The notes under the pieces: model-generated
Databases searched by the model: none
What the model was told of the DNA's origin: nothing
What the model saw: only the letters and a program-made list of their open reading frames with translations
Assembly: GCA_965235115.1 (NCBI GenBank)
Contig: OZ249438.1
Span: forward strand, 22,382,001-22,446,000
DNA length: 64,000 nucleotides
Direction of reading: 5' to 3'
Origin: Laetmonice hystrix
Taxonomy: Eukaryota
Shown here: positions 52,088-62,578 of the stretch, one piece after another
Layout: each line of letters opens with the position of its first letter
Numbering within the stretch: position 1 is the stretch's first letter
Program-made: the position numbers and the translations under genes

Positions 52088-54428
52088 TTGATGCGTTAGA
52101 GCCATGAACAGATAACAGATGAGTGAGAAGGACACAAGTGTGACCAGCCGGTGGTGGTCAGTGGAGCACCGTCAAAGTGTGCTCCAGGTACATTACAGCT
52201 CCGAGCACGGCCGGTGTGCCGCCTCAATATGACCCCACACCTCACATACCCACAAATCAACAAACACCAACAATATAAACACCCACACTGCCACATCCAC
52301 CACATTCCCAGCAGCAAGACAGGCCAGCTTTAAGGAGATTAAAAAGGCTATCAAACAATCCGGTTTAATCCATTTATCACTACAGTTGTAACCAAACCCG
52401 GGAAAGACAAACATCTCCTGCAGTTACTGAGTATATAACTGTGTTCATGCAGACACGCTGAATGCGCTTTGTCTAAGGTGGTCGTGGTACGGGGAGGCAT
52501 GTTATCTAAGCCGAGGAGAACTTAATTTTCATGACATTTCAGAATTCTGAATTTTCTTTCAGTTTTCTCAAATGAGGGTTGATAAAAGGAAGCATCTGCC
52601 ACTGGTGGTCCTATGTTCACTATTATCACTCAAGGATTGGTTGTCATTGCCAACTAAAGAACAAGAAGCACACCCTAGGATCTAAACCTTAATCCACCGA
52701 GGCTTCCCTTAATCCTACCCTGGTTGTGCCAGATCGGGGCGAATATTAGCCAAATCTCTCCTAGCTGCAAACCTATTATGCCAGAAGCTATCAAATTTGC
52801 TGACAATAAAAGGAGGGTGACAATAAAATATCATTATTGGAGTGCAATGTTCCATGGTATTACTGAGGAAACATTTCAATTTCATTAAACACAAGGACGG
52901 CTCGACGATTGTCTTCCCTCGCCGTAGTTCTCAAACAGAGCCCCATAGATCAAGCTCTCGGGTGGCGCTCCCTCTGTCTACTCGCCAAACACCTGTATAC
53001 AATCGGTAACGTTATATCCCAATCATCACTCTCCCGCGCCTATTGACGCCTTCATGCTTTCCCTTCTGTCGATGGTTTGAGGCAATTTTTCTAAGGGCCC
53101 GCAAAAGTGTTAATGTTTTTGTCCAGCGGTGCGGATCGCTGCTTTTCAAAGTGGTAGCAAATGCCCGGACTATCACCTGTATGGAAGCCTGACAAATTCC
53201 TTCATTTGTTCTGTTGGGCAGGTGTTTCAAGATTATAGTTAATAAGTTGGACCTTTCAGGGCTCTGAGAGCGAGCCATCCATACGGCTCAAACTCCAAGT
53301 CTACACATTTAAACATGACAGTCACTTTGGTGAAGAAGCCCCGCTGAATGATGGAACGCCCAAGGATGGCATCACAGATACGTCGCTTAAAAATTGCAAT
53401 CGACCAGTTTCAGATAAGCTTTTTAAGAAGGACCATCAGAGCATCAGATCTTAGTGATAAGATGCTTAGTGTATGACAAGCAATGATTGGTAATAAATTA
53501 ATATGTCAGAGATAAAGTACCGACCGAATGGGGCCTGGCCGTTTGAGCCGCGCCACTCCTGTCATATAAACAATCAATATTTAACAATACTTAGTGCTGT
53601 TGTCCTGGGCGGAGGATGGGAGGGGGTCGCTGGGTTCTGCTGTAGGTTACAGCACCGAATGGCTGACAGTTTAATTGCCAGCATAACACATGAAAAGATA
53701 ACGTTGTCAACACTGCCTTCTATCAGCCGCAGTATCTCTACTGTAACATCAAATATCTATTGGGGAGAATCCTCTCCGACCGAGGCATTGCAAGCCAAGC
53801 TCGGAGTCAGAGCCAGTGTCGAACACCTCTTCGGACATCCTGTCCAATCCGAACGGGAGGAGAGAAGTGGGGAAAGGGGTGTGATATCGGAATCAAATAT
53901 CTCCTAAAATAACCCATAATCTTACCCTGACTGGGAGATAACCTTCCCTTATCATTACAGCCTGACCTCATCTCATTTACTTGTACTCAAAAACATTTTC
54001 AGAGCATGTCGAATAAAGGATTCCCTTTTCCTTTAAATATTTCAGAGAGGCCGCTCCTTGAATGCCCAGTCTGGGAGTAACCAGGGCAGGGAAGCCCCCG
54101 ACTGTGGCCCTGCTACATTACACCATCCCCAATAACACACTACCTAACCGACAGTCAAACAACCACATGCTCAATAACTGCCAACTAAGTTTGTAAGGGC
54201 TCTGGCCATGCGTTTCCGACATCTTCTGTATGGGTGAACTGGGAGGACCTCCAGTTCACTTTCAAGTTTGGGTTCCCCTCCATGGCACCAAGAAGCTGCG
54301 TGAGGGCAGAGGGCCAGAGCATCCCGTGGTTAACAATAGAACAAGTAGCATGCAGTAAAGGAGTGAAAAAAATCATCGTGTTTGTTGTATATTAACCAGG
54401 CTGTTCATACAACTTGCATTGAGATGAG

Positions 54429-54438
54429 TGATTGACAG
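54429..54438 (+). promoter_or_regulatory. PBX-MEIS/PREP decamer site
   Basis: Exact match to TGATTGACAG. Confidence 0.35.
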
Positions 54439-55678
54439 TCTGGGTAGCCATCTATTTGCTCAGAGCCCAGCAATGTGTGGTTTTACGGTAGAGTACACAG
54501 ACAAGGCTATTCAAGGGACACTGAAACCCAGGCACATTTTGAGTGGTGGTGTGGAGGGTGGGGTGGGGGAATGGATGGATGGATGCCCGGCCACTGGTCC
54601 ATGATTTTGCTAGCTGAATCGGTCGGTTCATGGTTGAGGCTATTGCTATAACTAAGCATGCCAGCCCAGGCGATAGGTCGTCTGAGGCGGTCCACTATGG
54701 GGACAGAGTCATTGGTGTGCTGACACCAGTCAACCACTGCCCGTCCGGCACCCCCAACCTCGGCACACCGCCCTCCCACTCCTGTCCCATGTGTACATGA
54801 TTGTGTCGAGGTCAGCTCTGACTCAAACCTGATACCAACGGACAGTCTCGCCCTTCCTTCCTTCCTCTGCCCCCCCCCCCCTCCCCTTCCCCTCTGATCA
54901 TAATGCCAGGCCGTTGTGTTTGTGTGTGAACACTCTAGACAGATTATACTTGAAAGACATGGCCTAGTTCGTGGTCCTCTGGTAGCCGGCCCAGTCTGGA
55001 CGACAGGCCCAGGGTAGTTACATTAATTTTACCGGCCACTTGTCCCAAACCGAGCCAAGCTGGGTTGGGCTGCTTTGCTTTAAAAGTGTGCAAACCTGGG
55101 CCAGGTCAGTCCAAGCATGAATGGCTGTACCCAGACAACCAGCCTCGAGATCATATAGTACCACTGCTATCATTACCACCACCTCCCACCACCACCCACC
55201 ACCCACCACCGCCGCCGCCACTACTGCCCACCATAGATCCACTCTTCCTGGTCAGCCCTTAACTTCAATGTTCAAATAGAAAAATGGAAAAAAAGGAAAA
55301 GGGGTACTCTGCTCTATTTTTGTTCTCCCAATCCTTGCCCGTTTTGAACATGGCCTGTAAGAGTAGAGTTATGTTCCTTTTCGCCCACCACTTGCCACAG
55401 ACCAGACCTATGTGTACCGCTGGGCAAGCCGATGTGCTGGCCCCCAAGTAAAACTGGAACAAACAGTGGGCCAAGTATGGAGGCTAGTGGAAGGGGAGCC
55501 AGTCGGCCCAGAGTGGAGGCCGGCCGAGGGATGGGAGCTATCGGTGCACGCCCGCCCCCCTCCCGGCCCCCTCCCCTCCCCGCCCGCCCGCCCTGCCGAC
55601 CGACCAACCGACGGACCGCCAGCCCCTGCTTGCCCTCACCAGGTCACCTCTCGCTCCCCCATGTTCGCTAACCCAGCA

Positions 55679-55691
55679 CCACCAGAGGGCG
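55679..55691 (+). promoter_or_regulatory. CTCF consensus site
   Basis: CCACCAGAGGGCG matches CCASYAGRKGGCR exactly, within a GC-rich patch. Confidence 0.35.
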
Positions 55692-58600
55692 AAAAAAAGG
55701 CCCACATCCACTGGTGTATTTGTTTAACTTGGCCAGCGCGTGGTCAGAATCATCCACATTCCTTACACACCCGGTGGCTGCTGCTTTTTGCCCCACTGCC
55801 ACCACAGTGCACGGCCCGGTTGATCGCCGTTCGCCAGCGGGGTCCCTGCCTGCACCCCCTCCTACACCCACACCCCGCGCGCACACATGCCCCACAAGAT
55901 TTTTATAAACCCCAAGTCCACACCAGATCGCAGAAAGTGATGACGACTGTGGCTAGGGAATCAAAACTCGGTGGGCCAGGGGCAAGGCCTACCTTCTTAA
56001 CTTCCACATGACTTATAAAAACTATCTTCCTTATCATCATGACATAAATGAGATTGGCCAGACCCGGCCTGCCGCCTGAGCTGCCAGCTCATTGAGATGA
56101 CCCCTAACCCACACCCCTGAGGTAACTAAGGTCGGGGCGGCTCACATATATATGGATTTATTTATACACTTACATATATCATTGTTGAAAACTCCAACTT
56201 TGAATTTGAAACAGACATATTTTTGTCATTACGTATATACATGTAAGGTGCCTTTCTCTACGGAAAGTGTTCTTTTGAACTTTTCACGTTCATTTAAGCG
56301 AGAGGTATCCGTGCAACATGTGCCATCAATAAAGAGAGAGGAGTCTAAAGATCATGTGAATGAGCAATGCTACAGACCCTCCCGAGTTGAGGAGGGTCGG
56401 CGGGGAGGAGATGGGAGGGGGCGGTGAAAATATAGATGTGTTAGGAATTGTTTGCAGCTTGCATTTATTTCCCTTGCGCTAGCTGGACAGAGGCAGGCGG
56501 CCGACCCCAAGTGGCTGGCGTGATGTAAGACGGGCGTCTGTTTGAAACTACAGCAGTGTGTCGGCCTGACGACCACTGTCACATGGCTGCATCCTGTAAC
56601 CTTTCCCCTCTTCTCCTTCCTGTTTTGCCCCCCTCCCGGTCTCAGATTCGCCAGCAGCTGTCCACTCAAAGACAGCACCGATCCCCTACATACCAACTCT
56701 GGTCCCTTCACCCGGACCTACACATCCGGTCCGTCCGTCCCTCTGTCCATCCCCTGACCTGCCTGTCCAGATCCAGCCCGGCCTTCTGGGCCACCTTAGT
56801 TCGCACCATGATGACATGGATGTGGTGGTGGTGGGGACCCGCTCTCTGACGTGGCCTTAAAAATCGACCATGGGAATCGGCGTCTAAAGCTGACCCTGCC
56901 TGTTTACCATTACACAACATTGGGAGACCATATGCCTGAGCGGAATGGCCAATACACGGCACGGGCCAGGCCGCCGCTGCCCAGACCCCCCGCCTCCCAT
57001 ACTGACTCCCAGCCCTTCCCCTCCCTGTCCCCTCTCTATCTTACACCCTCTTTCTCTCCAACCCTCTCTTACTTTCCAGCGTGCATGGACCCCTGTCTGA
57101 GGTTGGGGGCAAGAGTTTCAGCCCTTCCTACTCCCAGCAGGGTGGAGCAGGCCTAACTTCCTCCTTTGCCCAGCAGGGTCTTTACCCAGTCCCAACACTG
57201 ACACCAGTCCCCATGGAGCAAGGGAACCACTTATCTTCGTCTAAAATATATTCAACTCCCAACCCCCTCATCACCCAAAACAAAAACAAAATAAATCCTC
57301 ATCTTCCAAAGTAAAATCCATATTTTAAAAAACCCTCATGGGCTATAAAAACAGATCGCTTGTCTAAACAACCCCTAACCTGGAGAGGGGGCGGCGGTTT
57401 ACCCTTACAATACATCACGCTGCCATCCAGGTACAAGCTAACGCTCATCACCACCATTGCACTTGTACCTTTTTTGTAATGGTTACACCAAAGAAATCAC
57501 AGGAATGCCATCAACAATTTTGAGAAAGGATGCTGAACTTGCCCGGGACTGGAATCGGTCACAGATTGGCGTGTCAGGTTTCACATATAGGCACTATCTC
57601 AGGTGAATCACTATGGGGTGTGTCCATGCAGTTCCCTTATCCAAGTCTTATAAAACGATATTTGACCAATTTCAGATTTCAAAAAGGGATGTTACTTTTC
57701 TCTTCCTTAGTAAATATATTTTTAACGCTTTTTTTTTTAGTAAGATTGTTTTTTATATTGTTAGAGATATGAGGTATATAATGTCTGTGTGTCTGCCAGT
57801 TCATATTGAGAATATCAGGTTTACAAGACATTGGTTCCATGAACCATGTCATGGTCTCACAGGTGTCAGATAATCCTTGATGAACCAGACACTCTATCAA
57901 TCACATCTCAACGGAATTCCATTGCTATGGCAACAAGGGAAATTGGCGCAAAGGGGAATAGAAAAAAACCCACTCCAAGTGCACTGCGATGGCACTGACT
58001 GCTTCGACCGACAGCGACTAATATTATGTAAGATGGTGACACAAATGCATTAATATAAGATGAAGTACTTTTTTCAAATAATAAGACGCGATTAAAACAT
58101 TTGACAAGTTATATAAATTTTGTCATCTATACCGTTTTCATTTGATAGGATTGCTTTTAACAGTGCCATTTAGGATGTGGATGGTTGGCATCTTTATATA
58201 TTATAACAGAACACAGCGGGAGGTTACCTATGTATTCGGTCTAATAATAACCATGATATAGCTATTACTGTAAGTCTGTTTATTTTTGTAGCTATAAATT
58301 TTACTGTACGGGTGCCTGAGGCCCGACTCCATTGGCTCGGGAGTCTGATGAATCTTGTTATAAAAAGTGCCTAGTATGGACACAGCTGCTTCATTTTATA
58401 CGTTCATTTTCCTGAGATTAAAAATTGGTTCTTGTGGGGTCAGTTTGGGTGCTTCGTGAATGATGTGAGGCTGGACTCAATGTGTCATGAAAATCTGCTC
58501 TAACAAGGGAAGCTTTTCGAAATTTATCAATCAGTTTGCTTTCCAAAACGGACAGAAAACTGGCAGATTTCAGAAATCACATCGAGTTGAGAGCTTACGG

Positions 58601-61600
58601 TAGACTGGGCGAGCCACTGCCCAAAAGCAGGTCATGACATGTGAAAGGCTGTGACAGGGTGAGTTATGCCCACCGCCATGCTTGGTGGCCGAACATGTAA
58701 AGTCCATGGTGTGGCCAAGCCCCTAACCCTGTGAGCATTTGCGGGCAAGCAGCGAGCTGGACAAAGCTGGCATTTGTGACGGGCTCTTTCGGGGCTGGCA
58801 ATTACCGACCAAACTACCTGCAGGCGTGAGGGTGGATGACCAAACTGGTGGAGCTCAGTGATGGACAGACAGCTAAGTATCATCAGTCGGCGTGGAGACA
58901 GGTAGCCCAGGGGCAGTCTACAAAGGACAACCGCTCTCAAACCAGTCCAGTGCGGAGAGTGGCCTCCCACCTAACTAACCACCACTCCCTCCCTCCCACC
59001 CGCCCGCCCGCTCCCCGGCCCGGACAGCGTTAGGACAATGACAGTTGGTTATATGGACAGAGACCTTACAACACTGTACGCTGACACCTCTTACCTCACC
59101 CCACTTTTTGTCTGCATTGTCTGCACTCCAGTTCCACCGTCCTAAAATCTACCTATCATGTGCACAGCTTTTGATATGAAGTGTATTGTCAATCTTAATA
59201 TGCACCCCAAGGCTTAGCCTTCAGTGAGCTACCTGCGTGTCAGGTCAGTAAACTGTGCGTGTTTAACACTTGTAGTGGCCCTAAACCTAGGGTCTTCTAA
59301 TGGTGTACAGGCCTTACGTAAAAAAAAATCAGTTTCAGGGCTTTTTCCATTTACTTAATTTATGACCTAATGCCTACGAGTGCAATCCAACCTTGTACCA
59401 AGGAGAGTTAAAAGCTTGGCAGAGGGTTCAGTGCCCCGTACACCTACAGTATAGTGCCTCTGCCCTCAACATAACTTCTAACACATGACATTTTAAAATA
59501 ATCTTTAAAAGGAAAGAAAAATAAAACGAAGAAGAATAAGCACTGCATGGCCTATCTCTTAACGATGACCCCTGACATATGAAGTAACTCTAAATTCTTT
59601 CGTCCGAATGCATGTCTATTTTGTCACTGCCTGCACACTTCCCCTTCCACTGACGAGCTCAGTGAATGAGTGGCACCACGCTGCCCTCTCCCGCCAGAGT
59701 CACAATCTAAACACACATCACAACAACGCAATGTCATCGCTCCTCAACTTTGAGCAGCCAATATTCTGTCATCCACTTCCCCCTGTTTCTAGCACCCCGA
59801 GACTAATTTTCTTCTAAATTGACGCCAGTTTCTGGCCGAGATGGTAAGATGGGGAAAAAGCAGTGTCCAAGAGGCAATGGTTAGTCCACCGCCAGCGCTA
59901 CTCAGCAATAAATTGGACGACCGAAATCACGGCCAAGATGGCCCCTGAGAGGTCTGCTACACACAATTGTCACCACGATCACCGAAATGAGGTCCGTAAT
60001 GCTGCCCCTCAGTTAGCGGTGAGCTTCGGTGAGGCAACACCCTGTAACAAAAGTCATGCTAGCGTGGGTCTGGTGAACAGGCCGCCATCCCACCCTCACC
60101 CCCACCCCCCACCCGACCCCATCCCATCCTACCCCTCTAAACCACCCCGCTTCCTCAAGTCAACCTACATGACACGTAACTACGCCAGCCGACCGCTGGG
60201 CCATACACCACTAGCCACCCAAACACCTGCAGTTTAATGTGCAAATACTTCCCCTAACATACCCCTAAAGTTACCCATCAAGTCCACCCCGTGTTCCTAC
60301 ATCGGTCAAATTGTGTAATTTGAAACATTCATCAGCATGAAGCGCCTGAAAAGATGACTTTTTGCCGTGGTAGCGCAAGCACCCCGCGCCGCCAGTTGGG
60401 AGTGGGCAGCCAGCGGCCAGTCAAGCACGCAAGGGAGTGTGCTCCGCAAGGCCGCAGCCATCTTTGTTACTCGGTGCTGTAATACTGTGTAAGGATGTCC
60501 ACCGCACCACCACGCACGCTGCCCCAGACCCACTGCACTACATTCAGCTAAGCCTGTTACCACTCATTATGTAAGGTGTCATAATGTGCTATAAGGTGGA
60601 CTGATCCTATTAGGGTTTGGTCAATTGACCTGTGTGACCGCAATGTAAATATCAATTGGAGAGGCTACTACTGCCGGCTGTACAAACACAGGTAGGTGAC
60701 ATATGGACTTGGTTGTCCTCACACGGCCGGCCGGCCGACCGCGCCATACCGACCAACCCATATAGCACCGCCACTGATGGAGCAGCACAAATCAAGTCCT
60801 TCACCGCATCACACATACACCATAATTAAATATAAAAACCCTTCACGCTATACGTATACCATATACTCAATAAATCAGTCAGATCTGAACAATTTCACGA
60901 GTGATATTGAAACCAATCTACTCTGTCGCCCACTACTTACGGCAAGAGAGTTGGATTGAAGACAACTTTCTCGCACTCAAATAGTCAAATTAAAGTTTTG
61001 TAGATTGAATCTGAGTCTCTGATCCTTTACTTTCACTTTTTCTAGGTACACTACTATAGCCCCAGGCCACAATATGATTGATTTTCAACCCGGAATGATC
61101 TGTTTGCCGAGTACCTCAGGCCTGCTCAGTCTCGGAGCGGCCTGGATCCCTGACTACGTTCTCCTGGCCGTGGTAAATGAGAGGCCAGTCTCAAGTTCTG
61201 TTCAAAAATAGCGATAATTTGATGTCCACCTTAATCCAACTGACCACGAAATCAGGTGTGTGGATAAAACACTACTTTTACAAACCTCAAGCCAACAACA
61301 CGTGTGAACTATTTCCTGATTTTCCCCGTGTAAAGAATGCCCATTCATTGAAGGCTTGCTTCTTATGAATCAGATTTTATACTGAATCAAGAGTGTGTCA
61401 GAAACAGTTCTTTCCATGCAGCCATGGGAGACTGTTAAAGCAAGGATGAGCTGTCTATGGCATTTTGAGCCTGACATTTCTGCACTGGTGTCACTGTGGC
61501 GCAGTAGAAATGGACAAATGGCGTAACAGAATGTTAAGGGAACTTGGAGGGCAGTGGGTCGCACCAAGACAATGACCGCCCAAGTTGCCCTGTTTGAAAG

Positions 61601-62457
61601 ACGCCAAGCGGTGTACCCACGTACAGGCCTACGTTTTGACGAACCGCTCTCAGAAAAGCCTGTTACAGAAGCTTTCGTAACGGAGTATTAACACACTGAA
61701 TCTGACAACACTTGAACCACGTGCGTGTCGGTTCAGATACACACATGGTAGAGGAAAAGATGCAGCCCCTAACGCCGAGGTTGTAGGCGTGCTACATATC
61801 GAAGTCAGAGTTGGCCACCGAATGTCGCTAGCGTCCGTGGGGCTGACCAGAGTCTAGCCACGGTGGCTCGATAAAAATGTCCGTGCTAACCGGCCAGCAG
61901 AACGGGCGCTGATCGCTCGCCTACTGCGGGGATCTTGCCCACTACCACCACCAGCGAGTAGCACCGATCACTACAACCACATGTTAAGGTGTCACTGTAA
62001 AGACATTCACAAACAACACATACACGTACAGAAATGTATGGCCGGCGATGGGTTCGGCCATGCGGTCAGGGGAGCGGGGTCGGCCGGTCGTACTGGCCCG
62101 AGCCACTCATCCGTGTAGCGGTTACGAAAAATTACCGCCGCTTACGCTGCGCCCACTCCTTCCCGCCCGCGTTCCATAGGCCCCACTTGACCTCACAGTG
62201 GACGCAGCGCTGGGAAATTAACGGAACACCTCGGCAAGTGTTCAAACTGGGTCACATTAAGTCCATGGGGTTGTTAATGTTACGCTTGCCAGTTAAAATC
62301 CTAACGTGCTCTTAAGCGTAAAAAAAAGCTAAGGAGCGCCATCGCGGACTGGTCGTGGCCCCATCTGACCACTGGAGCCGCGGCCCCCGCCACACTTAAT
62401 CGCCATTTCCGAAGATCGCCGGCCACGACACGTCAATCGGACAACACGATTACTTAC

Positions 62458-62509
62458 GTGCTTCAATCTTCTTTCGTTGCTGCGGCTTTCCTTTTCGCCG
62501 GGCTGACAT
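62458..62509 (-). CDS. BCL11: BCL11-family zinc-finger transcription factor, coding exon 1 (17 codons + 1 nt: MSARRKGKPQQRKKIEA)
   Basis: Minus strand reads gcaaaATG TCA GCC CGG CGA AAA GGA AAG CCG CAG CAA CGA AAG AAG ATT GAA GCA C|GTAAGT. The peptide resembles the BCL11A start MSRRKQGKPQH. The ATG has A at -3. The consensus donor is phase 1, matching the phase-1 acceptor of exon 2 (C+TT = Leu, then EHEQDYLTCG). Vertebrate BCL11 genes have a similarly short phase-1 first coding exon. Confidence 0.87.
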
Positions 62510-62578
62510 TTTGCCTGAGTTTTCATTGAAAACTTGCTGCTGCCAGGTTTACATTGGACAAAGAACAACAACAAACAT
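62510..62578 (-). promoter_or_regulatory. Upstream ATGs/uORFs immediately 5' of the BCL11 start codon
   Basis: ATG at 62578 opens MFVVVLCPM*, whose last codons ATG TAA (62554-62549) also form a start-stop uORF. An out-of-frame ATG at 62526 overlaps the main start. These are functional only if the transcript starts upstream of them. Confidence 0.45.

Larger units (their letters stand above)
11168..62457 (-). other. BCL11: Intron 1 of the BCL11 gene (51,290 bp, GT-AG, phase 1)
   Basis: Bounded by GTAAGT at 62457 and a pyrimidine-rich ...TTCCAG at 11168. The phases are compatible and splicing restores a continuous BCL11 frame. Additional small or alternative exons inside cannot be excluded. Confidence 0.8.

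Noticed and set aside
55412-56011. 199-aa plus-strand Pro/Arg-rich ORF
   Set aside because: It is explained by stop-poor C-tracts and tetramer arrays; no domain or codon-like structure.
2591-61725. CACGTG E-boxes, including a tandem pair at 36100 and 36108
   Set aside because: The total (about 14 by eye) matches chance expectation for a 6-bp palindrome.
11168-62457. Recursive splice sites in the 51-kb intron
   Set aside because: Several minus-strand AG|GTAA junctions exist (for example near 4046, 17644, 42761 and 46097), but none has both a strong pyrimidine tract and a consensus donor. The one perfect TAGGTAAGT (about 18253) is on the antisense strand.
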